Assembly: GCA_030390025.1 (NCBI GenBank)
Contig: CM059432.1
Coordinates: 152,274,001 to 152,338,000 of the forward strand
Length of the DNA stretch: 64,000 bases
Reading direction: 5' to 3'
Source: Squalus acanthias
Lineage: Eukaryota
Shown: piece after piece, positions 23,682 through 36,420 of the stretch
How the letters are laid out: each line of letters starts with the position of its first letter
How positions within the stretch are numbered: the first letter of the stretch is position 1
Translations under genes and position numbers: made by a program
Notes under the pieces: model-generated
What the model was told of the DNA's origin: nothing
The model's database searches: none
Seen by the model: the letters and a program-made list of their open reading frames with translations, nothing else

Positions 23682-23965
23682 TAGAAACATAGAAACATAG
23701 AATCTAGGAGCAGGAGTAGGCCATTCGGCCCGTCGAGCCTGCTCCACCATTCAATACGATCATGGCTGATCATCCAAATCCAGTACCCTGTCCCTGCTTT
23801 AATCCCCACAGTACACATATCCCACCCTACCCCTGTAACCCCACGTATTTAATTCCCCCTAACATATCCCATCCTATCCTCATAACCCCACATATTTAAT
23901 CCCCCCCTAACACTAAGGGTCAATTTATCATAGCCAAATCAACCTAACCCGCACATTTTTGGACA
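23682..23965 (-). mobile_element. CR1 3' tail joined to a HE1 internal fragment
   Basis: (AGAAACAT)n CR1 tail near-identical to 25999-26117, then HE1 sequence with a ~48-bp internal duplication. Confidence 0.75.
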
Positions 23966-24822
23966 TTTGATGCACTCTGTTGCTTTCACATAGCAATTCT
24001 TGTAAATAAATTTGACTGCTGGGTTTGGTCTAAACAAAAGGTGGATAAGAAAGCTCTGTCAATGTGGACTGCTCAATGTGTTGAACAATAAATTCATCCA
24101 CGTTACAAACAATTAATATTGATCATGCCATTAAGTGGTTACGTCTGTCCATGGATTTTACAATCATCCCATTAGGGGTCCTTGCTCACCAAATAGGAAA
24201 GAACGTCTTTGATCTCAATAAATTTGATCTGATGTGTTGAAGCCTGCCTTCAGAATTATATAAATGCTGTTGGTTTCCATGTATCTTCAGTTCACTGTTT
24301 GCTTGCCCATTTCTATGCTGCAGCAGTGGGACAGAGTCTATGGAACTGAAATGCCCATGTTAAGTTAATTAGCTCAGTTAAAAGATTCTGAAAAGGACAC
24401 TAACATTTTTGACTTGTAACTGGGCAATTAATAACATTGTGTAAGTCAAGCATTGCATTGCTGATTATTTCTAATATTCTTTTGCTTCTGAGAAATCATA
24501 GTAGCTGATCGTTTGTGGCCTTGCACAAATCAAAGCTAAGAGCAGTCTTCAGGCGAAGTGGGTTTAGAAGGTGGGGATAATTGGGCCAGGGCAAGCAGAC
24601 ATAATTCATTAGCCCTTTTATCATGCATTCTGTCGTTACCTACAATATATTAAAAACATTACGTCTGTGCCACTTCCTGTCAACTTAATTTCTCATGTCC
24701 ACATTTATTCTGAAAACTGCTTATGTAAGCTTGTCATGCTGTAATTACACCTTTGCTGTTGGCATCTCATCTGAAAAATAGCATCTCCAGCAATGCAGTA
24801 CTGGCTCAGTACTACACTGGGG

Positions 24823-25260
24823 AAAAAAAAGACTTGCAGTTATATCGCGCCTTTCACGACCACCGTACATCGCAAAGCACTTTACAGCCAGTGAAGTACT
24901 TTTTGAAGTGTAGTCACTGTTATAATGTAGCAAACGCGGCAGCCAATTTGCGCACAGCACGCTCCCACAAACAGCAATGTGACAATGACAAGATAATCTG
25001 CTTTAGTGATGTTGATTGAGAGATAAATATTGGCCAGGACACCGAGGATAGCTCCCCTACTCGTCTTCGAAATAGTGCCATGGGTTCTTTTACGTCTACC
25101 TGAGGGAGTGGACAGGGGCCTCGGTTTAAACGTCTCATCCAAAAGACGGCACCTCTGACAGTGCAGCACTCCCTCATCACTGCACTGGAGTGTCAGCCTA
25201 GATTTTTGTACTCAAGTCCCTGGAATGGCGCCTGAACTCACAACCATCTGACTGAGGTGA
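24823..25260 (-). mobile_element. Deu-domain-type tRNA SINE (SacSINE1-like) with L2-type tail
   Basis: Homologous to 26712-27181; tail on the minus strand AAGTACTTCACTGGCTGTAAAG..CTTT...ATATAACTGCAAGTC followed by a T-run. Confidence 0.78.
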
Positions 25261-26711
25261 ATGTTACAAATTAAACCAAACTAACACCAGAGGATCAAGT
25301 AGGAGGGGTGGAGAAACAAGAGAAGCATGAGAGAAAAAGAGCAAGCAAAAAAAGAACTTTTTTTTGCAGACTTACTAACATCAGTATCCTTGGCTAGAAG
25401 GGCACAAGAAGCTGAAAGTACTTTTGGTGAGGCCTGTGCCAAACACTGAGAACTACTGGATTAGATAGGCTTGGGTGATATTCATCATGGATGGGCAGTT
25501 CGCTTGAGCAAGCAAAGCCAGGCTTAAAAAAAATTTTTGCTAAGAGCTTCAAGATTTTGTATCAACAAAAACCACTCAGGAAATGCGGTGGCTAGCTCCA
25601 TTTCTTAAAATATCTTCACAGACTGTAGCTGTGCCTTCTCCGTGGTGCCTTTTGCCCATTGCCCGACACTTCTGCTTCTCAGCATCACCACCGATTGCAA
25701 TGCTCTGGATCGTGGACTATGCCTGCGCTCTGTTCCCAGCTCTGGCCACTCCTGCACCTGGAGAGATACAGAGGACCTGGGCATTGCTACGTGACCTGAA
25801 CTGCTTCAAGCCCCCACTTCCTGCTCAGTTTTCAACTGTTCCCTCAGTGCTTCAACAACCCAATCCTCATCCTATACAGTACTTCAATACTCCAGCACAC
25901 TCTACTCCTCCCACATCCACTGATCCCACATCCAGTTCTCTACTGCTGCTAGCCACTGCAGTACCCTCAACACCCTCCAGTTGCTCCTCAGACATTTTAT
26001 AGAAACATAGAAACATAGAATCTAGGAGCAGGAGTAGGCCATTCGGCCCGTCGAGCCTGCTCCGCCATTCAATACGATCATGGCTGATCATCCAAATCCA
26101 GTACCCTGTCGCTGCTTTATCAAACACCTTCTGAAAAATCGACACACACATCTGGTGCAATCACCTTATCAAAACTATTATTTGTTCAAAAGAAAACACA
26201 AATTTGTCAAACATAACTAACACATCTGTGCTGGGTGTCCTTGATTATCCCATGTATTTCTAAATGCTCATTAATTTGAATTTGGATTGAAGAATGGAAA
26301 AGAATAGGGGACATCTAGTTCTCCTTCCTGCTGCCCGAACAGATGTATCCAATAATCCAAGCCACTCTATTCCCCTTCCTGGACACCATGCTAGCTAACA
26401 TTGTAAATGCATCCCTCTCTGCAGACACCATCAACCTCTGTTCCAAAATCATCCTGAAAAAACATCCTCTATCCTTGCAAGATCCCCTTCTTGGTCAGTA
26501 TTTCCCCATTAATCCTATAATTCCTGTGGTCATTTCTTGTCCATTAGCGCTTTACTTTGCATTTACCCATATTAAACTACATCTGCCAATTGGCTGCCTA
26601 TTCCCCAAAGAATCTAGGGCGTCCTGCAGTTTTTCCCCAAATACTCCACTGCATTTCTGCACTTGATATTTTGCTGTCATCCACAAACTATGACGTAGCT
26701 GTTATTGCTAG

Positions 26712-27181
26712 TGTGTCAGCCTTGGTTCAGTTGCTAGCACTCTCACCTCCAATTCAGAAGGTCGTGGGTTCAAGCCCCACTCCAGAAATCTGAGCACAAA
26801 ATCTAGGCCGACACTCCCAGAGCAATACTGAAGGAGTGCTGCACTGTCGGAGGTGCCATCTTTCCGATCAGGCGTCAAACCAAGGCCGCGCCTGCCCTCT
26901 CAGGTGGATGTAAAAGATCGCATGGCTCTATTTCAAAGGGCAGGGAAGTTCTCCCAGTGTCCTGGCCAATATTTATCCCTCACCCAACATAAGTAATAAC
27001 AGATTATCTGGTCATTATCTCATTGCTGTTTGGGGGAGCTTGATGTGCACAAATTGGCTACCAGATTTCCTACATTACAACAGTGCCCACACTTCTAAAA
27101 GTACTTCATTGGCTGTAAAGCGCTTTGGGACGTCTCAAAGTCGTGAAAGACGCTATATAAATGCAAGTCTTTCTTTTTCTT
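26712..27181 (+). mobile_element. Deu-domain-type tRNA SINE, near full length
   Basis: A-box-like TGGTTCAGTTG, B box GGTTCAAGCCC, core GTCCTGGCCAATATTTATCCCTCA...CAGATTATCTGGTCATTATC, tail ATATAAATGCAAGTCTTTC. Confidence 0.8.
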
Positions 27182-28501
27182 TCAGATCACTCCTAAAATT
27201 CTGGAATACTAGACTCAGCACCAAACCACGGGGGAGTTCACTGGACACATGTCGCCATCCACAATACCCCATTCACACAGACCCTCTTTCTCCCATCACC
27301 CAGCCAATTTTCAATCCATCTTGGCATACTCCCACCAATACCATGTCTGCTGATTGTGTACTAGTTTTCTATTAGGTATTTTATTAAATGCCTTCTAAAA
27401 TCCAAGTAGATTGCATCTACATTCTTGCCTATATCAGTTACCTTATCAAAATTTTCTACTAAATTGTTGTGGCATAACTTCCCTATTGTTAATGCAGGCT
27501 AGCTTTTTCCAATTAGTTTGCATAACTCTAAGTGCTCCACTATTTTGTCCTTGATAATGGATTCCAGAATTTTACCTGGTACTGATTATAGACGAGTTAC
27601 TCATGTTACTTGTGCCCCCTCCCCAGTTTTCTTTTTAAATACAGACACTGCATTTGCCATTCTCCACTCTATCACTCTCTTTATAAGAACCCTTGGGTGA
27701 ATCCCATTTAGTGCCTTATTTATTTGGACTTTATTCAAGTATCCCAACTACCAGCTCAGTATTAATGTCAATTTTTTTAGATTCCTCAGTCTATCTCGGA
27801 ACATCCATTTTATTTCTGCCTTATAACGTCCCCCTACCCACCCCCCAACCCAGAACTGAAGATCTTGTTTAACTTTTGGCTATGCCTATATCGTCTCTAA
27901 TCTGCATTCAGCTTCTGTTACCAGTGGTCCTATATACTAGTGTTCATTCCTTTTTGCCCTGATGTCAGAAGGGTGTGGACTTCAGCTTCAACATGAGTGA
28001 GTGAAACAATGACATTTTTTATATATATTACTGTATTTTGAGTTTAAGTTCATTTTAAATGTACTTAATTTTAGCTGTTTTAGGAGCTGTTCACAATTCT
28101 TTATTTGATGTTTTAACTGTGAGCTGGTTTGAGGCTGTAATAGGCAATTCACTGGTTACAGAAGAGGTATGATTAGCTGTCCTCCAATTGGCAGTTGGGC
28201 TCTGGTACAAGTTGAGATAGTAAAAATTTGAGCTGAGTAGGAAGAGACCAGTACTGAGCTGAGAGATGCGAGCAAAGTGTGAAACTTAGTCTCAGCAGTT
28301 CAGCCTCGATGTGTCATTGGACAATTCCGCAAGTGTCAGAAAATGTGCTCAAGCAGCTATTGCTCACTCTGCAGCATCAGAGGAGACAAAGGGTTTCTGA
28401 ATCGCGATACAAAAGTCAAGGCTAACAAGACCAATAATCATGAATGCAGAAATGTAGTAGGGAGGTGAAAATGGTGTTTAGAACAGATAAAAAGGGAATA
28501 T

Positions 28502-30327
28502 GAACATAAGAACATAAGAAATAGGAGCAGGATTAGGCCACTTGGCCCCTCGAGCCTGATCCGCCATTCAATAAGATCATGGCTGATCTTGGGCTCAAAG
28601 CCACTTCCCCGCCCGCTCCCCATAACCCTTCACTCCCTTTTCTTGCAAAAATCTGTCCATCTCCACCTTAAATGTATTTAATGACCCAGCCTCCACAGCT
28701 CTCTGGGGCAGAGATTTCCACAGATTTACAACCCTCAGAAAGAAGAAATTCCTCCTCATCTCAGTTCTAAAAGGGCGACCCTTTATTCTAAAACTGTACC
28801 CCTGAGTTCTAGATTTCCCCACGAGGGGAAACATCCTCTCTGCATTTACCTTATGAGCCCCCTCAGTATCTTATATGTTTCAATAAGATCACCTCTCATT
28901 CTTCTAAATTCCAATGAGTCTAGGCCCAGCCTGCTCAACCTTTCCTCATAAGTCAACCCCCTCATCTCTGGAATTAACCTAGTGAATCGTCTCTGAACTG
29001 CCTCCAATGCAAGTATATCCTTCCTTAAATAAGGAGACCAAAACTGTACGCAGTACTCAAGGTGTGGTCTCACCAATACCCTGTACAGTTGTAGCAGGAC
29101 TTCCCTGTTTTTAATACTCCAACCCCCTTGAAATAAAGGCCAACATTCCATTTGCCTTTTTGATTACTTGCTGTACCTGCATGCTAACTTTGTGTGTTTC
29201 ATGCACAAGGACCCCCAGGTCCCTCTGAACTGTAGCATTTTGTAATCACACTCCATTTAAATAATTTGCTTTTTTATTTTTCCTGCCAAAGTGGATAACC
29301 TCGCACTTTCCCACATTATACTCCATCTGCCAAATGTTTGCCCACTCACTTCGCCTGTCTATATCCCTTTGCAGATTCTTTGAGTCCTCTGCACAACTTG
29401 CTTTCTCACCCATCTTTGTATCATCCGCAAACTTGGCTACATTACACTCGATCCCTTCATCCAAGTTATTAATGTTGATTGTAAATAGTTGAGGCCCCAG
29501 CACCGATCCCTGTGGCACCCCATTAGTTACCGTTTGCCAACCGGAAAATGACCCATTTATCCCGACTCTCTGCTTTCTGTTAGTTAGCCAATTCTCTATC
29601 CATGCTAATATATTACCCCCAATTTCGTGAGCTTTTATCTTATGCAGTAACCTTTTATGTGGCACCTTATCGAATGTCTTCTGGAAATCCAAATACACAT
29701 CTACTGGTTCACCTTTGTCCAGCCTGCTCGTTACATCCTCAAAGAACTCCAGCAAATTTGTTAAACATGATTTCCCTTTCATAAAACCATGCTGACTCTG
29801 CTTGACTGCATTATGATTTTCTAAATGTCCTGCTACCACTTCCTTAATGAAGGACTCTAGCATTTTCCCAATGACAGATGTTAGGCTAACTGGTCTATAG
29901 TTTCCTGCTTTCTGTCTCCCTCCTTTCTTAAATAGGGGTGTTACATTTGCGGTTTTCCAATCCGCTGGGACCTCTCCAGAGTCCAGGGAATTTTGATATA
30001 TTGCAACCAATGCATCCACTATCTCTGCAGCCACTTCTTTTAAGACCCTGGGATGCAGGCCATCTGGTCCAGGGGGCTTGTCGTCTTTTAGTCCCATTAT
30101 TTTACCAAGTACTATTTCCCTAGTGATGGTGATTGCCTTTAGTTCCCCCCTCCCTGTGGCCCCTTGATTATCCATTTTTGGGATGTTGTTAGTGTCTTCT
30201 ACCCTGAAGACAGATACAAAATATTTGTTCAGAGTCTCTGCCATTTCCCCATTCTCCATTATTAATTCCCCAGTCTCATCCTCTAAGGGACCAACGTTTA
30301 CTTTAGCTACCCTCTTCCTTTTTATAT
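28502..30327 (-). mobile_element. CR1 LINE, 5'-truncated, RT region
   Basis: ORF 29246-30370 with [41 protein letters not shown]; (AACATAAG)n tail at 28502. Confidence 0.92.
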
Positions 30328-30399
30328 ACTCTGGAGGTCCCAGCGGATTGGAAAACCGCAAATGTAACACCCCTATTTAAGAAAGGAGGAAGACAGAAA

Positions 30400-31075
30400 G
30401 GCTAGCAGATAATATAAAAGAAAATAGTAAGGGCTTTTATAAGCATATAAAAAGTAAAAAAAAAGAAAAAAGGTCCACTCAGATGAAGGGACTCTAATTG
30501 TAGAGAATGAAGATGTAGCAGACATTTTAAATAAATATATTACATCAATATTTTTAAATGATAGTGGAAAAGCAAACACAGGTCTACTACAGGATGTTAT
30601 GGAACCTTTTTAGCGATTATTATAGAAAAAGAATTGGTTCTGAAACAATTCGCAAAACTCAAGGTGAATAAGTCATGATGGCATGCACAGTAGTCTGTTG
30701 AAAGAAGTCAGAGAGAAGCTACCAAAGGCTCTGACAATAATTTTTAACTGCTCCTTAAATATTCAAATTGTGCCACGGGACTAGAGAATAGCCAATCTAG
30801 CATCCTAGTTCAAAAAAAGGATAAACCAGGTAACTATAGACCAGTTGGTCTAACGTTTGTCGTGGACAATTTCTTAGAATCCATAATTCGAGATAAAATT
30901 ATTGATCATTTGGAAATGCATGGGACAGAGATCGATAGATTTTTGTTAAGCAAGGGTATCGAGGCATATAGATCAAAGGTGGGTAAATGGAGTTGAGATA
31001 CAAATCAGCCATGATCTGACTGAATGGAACAGCAGGCTTGAGGGGCTGAATGCCCTACTCCTGTTCCTATGTTCA
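30400..31075 (+). mobile_element. Older CR1 fragment, opposite orientation
   Basis: Degenerate CR1 ORF2 sequence (AACTATAGACCAGTT) and a CR1 tail ending CTCCTGTTCCTATGTTC. Confidence 0.7.
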
Positions 31076-31694
31076 TTGCTCACTGTTTTTACAACTTTTC
31101 ACCCACTGGCCTCTCATCTTTTTAAGCTTGCTCCATTTAGCTACCACTTGGTTTTTTTTTATATACAAGCTTGCCACATTTTCCTCTTTCTTGTGAGTGC
31201 ATTGCCAGAAAATATGCATTCACAAATTTTATTGGTCTCATACTACTGTACTATTCTTTTCTTCATTCTGAACCTTATGACCCCTATTCTCACTATTCCT
31301 CAGCTGCTCCCCCACCCCAACGCTCACAATCCCAACAAAAGTCACAAATAATATTCTCTGTGACTGGAGCGCTTTATTCATCCTTCTCCTGTCTGTATCC
31401 TTTGACAGTCAACCATACCATCCTCTTCCAATGCCTCTCCTTTTGTCCAGTTCGGTGGGACTGCCCTCACTTGATTCCATTCTTAGATATCCAAGCATAC
31501 CCAGAGGACCTGTAGTAATGCTTCTCTTCCCAACACGATTACAACGCAAGCCCAATCAAGGATCCATCCTTACCCCTTCCTTTCTTACCTTGCCAATATC
31601 ATCCATAGATTATGGGGTCAGCTTCCACATGTACATTGAAACCCAACTGCACCTCTCTATTAGCCCCTCAACCCCTTCACTGCATCTACACCGG

Positions 31695-32188
31695 AACAGA
31701 AGAAATAGGAGGAGGAGGCCATTTGGCCCTTTGGGCCTGCTCCGCCATTCAATAAGATCATGGCTCATCTTCTACCTCAACTCCACCTTCCCGCACTACC
31801 CCCATATCCCTTGATTCCCTTAATATCCAAAAATCTATCGATCTCTGTCTTGAATATATTCAACGACTGAGCATCCACAGCTCTCTGGGGTAGAAAATTC
31901 CAAAGACACTCAACCCTCTGAGTGAAGAAGAAATTCCTCCTCATCTCAGTCCTAAATGTCCAATCCCTTATTGAGACTGTGACCCCTATTTCTAGACTCC
32001 AGAGCCAGGGGACACATCCTCCCAGCATCTACCTCGTCAAGCCCGAAAGAATTTTATATGTTTCAATGAGATCACCTCTCATTCTTCTAAATTCTAGGGA
32101 ATATAGGCCTAGTCTACTCAATCTCTCCTCATTGGACAATCCCCCCATCCCAGGAATCAGTCTAGTGAACCTTCATTGCACTCCCTCT
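31695..32188 (-). mobile_element. CR1 3' fragment
   Basis: FRTEMRRNFFFTQRV..LWN.LPQRAV plus CR1 tail. Confidence 0.85.
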
Positions 32189-32358
32189 AACACAAAGACT
32201 GGTTGTCCAACATTCAGTCTTGGATGAGCTGCAATTTCCTCCAGCTAAAGAATGGAAACCAAAGCCTTCGGCCTCTAACACAAACTCCTTAACCTTGCCA
32301 TTAATACCAAACTCCATTTGGGTAGTTAAATTCTTAATTAAATCATTATGTTCATTAT

Positions 32359-32393
32359 GTTCTGACGAAAGGTCATCGACCTGAAACGTTAAC
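32359..32393 (+). ncRNA. Minimal hammerhead ribozyme (PLE family 2 terminal fragment 32359-32460)
   Basis: GTT-CTGACGA-A-AGGTC-ATC-GACCT-GAAA-CG-TT-AAC: intact core, perfect stem II, palindromic AACGTT, short stem I GTT/AAC. Confidence 0.78.
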
Positions 32394-34334
32394 TCTCTTT
32401 CTCTCTCCACGGATGCTGCCTGGCCTGCTGAGTTTTTCCAGCGTTTTCTGTTGTTATTTCATTATGTTTACTGCTAGCTCTCAAAACTCCTCTATAAAAT
32501 ATATTTGATCAATATCAAATATCTGGTAGTCTATAGCTAATTCCGGCCAGTAGTTTCTTTTTGCTTTCTGCATTTAACTATATTTGCTATATAAATACAA
32601 GTTGTTGTATTTAGAATTCCTTTCTTGCACCTTTGTTTTCCTTTATATATGCCATTCCTCCTTGCCTGCACCTATTTCTTCTAAATAGTTCATACCCTTT
32701 TAAGTATTGCATCCTGTGCTTCCCCGCCCCCATCATTTTTCTATGACATGCACTAATCCTTCCAATTCTGCCATCTTCATTGTATATAAGTCAAGCTTTT
32801 TTATGCAATCCTTTCCATTACCTTGCTTTTCTCCCATTCAAATCTGAATAATTCCTGTGCTGTTCAGCATCTTGCCAGCAATTCTTACTGTACTATGGTG
32901 TTCCAGCTTCCGATCTAAATCTTACTGGCTATCTTGTACACCTGGACTGAACTCAGTTCCCCATCTTCCTAGTTTAAAGATTCTTCTATTAGTCTGCCCA
33001 TCCTATTTGACAGTACACCACTCCTATTGTTTATGTGCAGCCCACCTAGTCAGTATAAGGTTACCCTTTCCCACAATGCTCCCTAGAAACCTAAATCCTT
33101 GCTCCATACATCATTTATGCTATTTCTAGGGATATACATTGACTTATTAAAAGAACAAAATAGCAGTAAAAATAGTTTAAAGAAAATATTTGATTGGTCA
33201 GTATTGAGGTCCTTAGTAATTTGTAAATTATATCTTCTGCAAAAAAAAGAGTAGAAAGGTTTGATTGCTTGTTTTTCTGGTTACTTGTTTCTCAGTAGTG
33301 CATTTTGCTACTTTTTAGATTCAGACACATTTGCTCAACTGGATAACTGATATAAGTGCTTATTCCAGTCAGTCAAGCACTAACTTTTGCCCTACGGATA
33401 CTTGATATGGAGGTGTGATGAACTGAACTACCACACTTTTGATGTGTGGAGTCTGAGGCCATGCTTTTTTTACATCTGGAGTCTTTGAAACAGTTAATGC
33501 AACGAACATATGCTAGCAAGTTGCTATTTTCCTTCTCAGTAAATAATCTAAGTGATCATACTATTTTCTCTTCATCTTAATTATTCCTACCCACACTTTT
33601 ACTGTTGATACTGAAAAATTAATATGAACACCCTTTGCTATGTCCACTTCTAGTGCCCTCTTTGCAGTAATATCCAAGCCTGTTTTAGCATTTTCCTATA
33701 TTCCTTTTTCTCTGCTAGCTTTGTATAGATTGCTTTTCATTATTTTAAATTATTTTATTCATTTTGTGCTGATTGTTCGGCTTGTGGACACAAGCAAGAC
33801 TGTTCACTTTTTAGCATTCTGTAATTCCCAAGTTACCTTGAAGTTGTGTTTTCTGAACAACTTATACCCCTGCATATTAAATGCATCTAATTTTCTGCAA
33901 GTCTGAATATTAAACATAATTAAGTGAACAAAAAAATAGATTTTTTTACTACTAATCCTCATCCTCTGAATGGAAAATCTGCTCCACAACTTCACTGGTT
34001 TTGGTTCTCAAATCACACCCTCACTCCACCTTTGATACCCTTGTCCCCAGTAAAACGTTTACTCTCTCCCACCCTGGTTGCTCGCCCTGGTACAGCCTCC
34101 ATCTCTGCTCCCGTAAGTCCAAAGGATGCAGACTTGAATGGCTAAACCAGTTGTTCACCATAAACATTCATCGCCAGGTCTGGCTGGACCACATAAAGCA
34201 CTATTGGGTTCTAATCTCCTCTGCCAAAATTGCTCACTACTCAAAGATCATCCTAGAATGCATAGACAACACCCAGCTTCTCTTCTCAACCCCTCTCCCC
34301 TGCCCCTCCACCTCCAACAAGTGATTGGAGCCAA

Positions 34335-36420
34335 TATAAAAACAGAAAATGCTGGAAATACTCAGCAGGTCAGGCTGTGGAGAGAGAAACAGTTGACGTG
34401 TCTGGTCGGCAACCTTTCATCAGAACTGGAAAATGTGAGATGTAATAGTTTTAAAGTACAGAGGTAGGGGAGGAAAGAACAAAATGGAAGGTCTATGATA
34501 GAATGGAAGGCAGGAGAGATTAAATGACACAAGGGATGATGTTGCAAGGCAAAAGGGGGTGGTAATGGGACAAGTAAAGAAACAAAAGTTGGGTCTAGAG
34601 GAGCTTTAAATGGCAACAGCAGAATCATTACCAGCACCTGCTGTCCAAAAAAATGGGAGCAGTGGTTATGATCTGAAATTGCTGAATTAAATGTCAAGTC
34701 CGGAAGATTGTAAAGTGCCTAATTGAAAGATGAGGTGCTGTTCCTTGAGCTTCACTGGAACAGTGTAGGAGGTCGAGGACAGAGGTCGGAGTGGGAGTGG
34801 GACGGGGAATTAAAATGGCAAGTGACTGGAAGCTCAGGGTCACGCTTGCAGACTGAACTGACATGTTCAGCAAAGCGATCACCTGATCTGTGTTTGGTCT
34901 CCCCAATGTAGAGACGACTGCATCGTGAGCAGCGAATACAGTATACTAAATTGCAAGAAGTACAAGTAAATCACTCTCACCTGAAAGGTGTGTTTGGGGC
35001 CCTGGACGGTGGGAAGGGAGGAGGTGAAAGGGCAGGTGTTGCATCTCCTGTGCTTGCATGGGAAGGTGCCATGTGGAAGGGGTGATTGAAGCGTGGACGA
35101 GGGTGTCTTGGGGGGAATGGTCCCTTCGGAATGCTAAAAGGGGAAGGGAGGGGGGAAGATGTGTTTGGTGGTGGTATCGTGCTAGAGGTGGCGAACATAA
35201 GAAATACGTGCAGGTGTAGGCCATACGGCTCATCAAGCCTGCTCCACTATTCAATATCATGGCTGATCTTCTACCTCAACTCCACTTTCCCTCCCTATCC
35301 CTCGATGCCCTTAGTTTCCAAAAAATCTACCAATCTCTGTCTTGAATATACTCAACTTTTTTTTAAATAAAGACTTGCATTTATACAGCGTCTTTCACAA
35401 CCTCAGGACATCCCATAACACTTTACAGCCAATGAAGTACTTCTGAAGTGTAGTCACTGTTGTAATGCAGGAAACATGGCAGTCAATTTGGGCACAGTAA
35501 GATCCTCAAAACAGCAATGTGATAAATGACCAGATAATCTGTTTTTGGGCGAGGGGTAAATATTGGCCAGGACACCGGGGAAACTCCTGACTTTCTTAGC
35601 AATAGTGCCATTGGATCTTTTACATCCATCTGAGGGGCAGGCAGGGTCTCGATTTAACATCTCATCCGAAAGACGGCACCTCCAACACGTCTTCCTTTTT
35701 CCTCAACCGAGGATTCCGCTCCACCGTGGTTGAAAGGGCCCTCAACCGTGTTCGTCCCATTTCCCACACTTCTGCCTCCACTCCTTCCCCTTCCTCAGCA
35801 ATCCCCCAGTACTGCACTGATGACAGAGGATGATCCGTTGAATTTGGAGGCTGGTGGAGGGTAGATGGGGAGGACAGGACCTATCATGGTTCTGGTAGGA
35901 AGCGGAAGGAGTGGGGGCAGAGGAATACAGAAAACATATCGGAAGGATTGGTGTGGAAGGTGGCAACGTCAGAACAGATACGACGGCAATGAAGAAACTG
36001 GGAAAATGGAAGAGTCCTTACAGGAAGTGGGTGGGAAGTAGTGTAGTCAAGGTAGCTGTGGGACTCAGTGGGCTTATAGTAGATATTGGTTGATAGCCTA
36101 TCCCCAGAAATGCAGATAGAGAAGTCAAGGAAAGGAAGAGTCAGAGATGGACCACGTGAAAGCGAGGGAGGGATGGAAATTTAACGCAAAGTTGATGAAA
36201 TTTTCCAGTTCGGGGCGAGAGCAGGAAGTACCAGATACAATCATCAATGTACTGGGAAAAAAAGGTGAAGGAGGACACCCAAGTAGGACTGAACAAAAGA
36301 ATGTTCCATGTATCCCACAAAAAGGCAGGTATAGCTAGGACCCTTATGGGTTCCCATAGCGACACCTTTAATTTAGAGGAAGTGAGTGGAGTCGAAGGAG
36401 AAGTAATTCAATGTAAGAGG
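34335..36420 (-). mobile_element. Degenerate PLE family 2 carrying nested CR1 tail (~35194-35355) and Deu-SINE (~35368-35687)
   Basis: Same terminal repeat and GIY-YIG region as 16219-18222; RT remnant QYIDDC near 36240; mutated hammerhead at 34391-34427(-). Confidence 0.8.
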
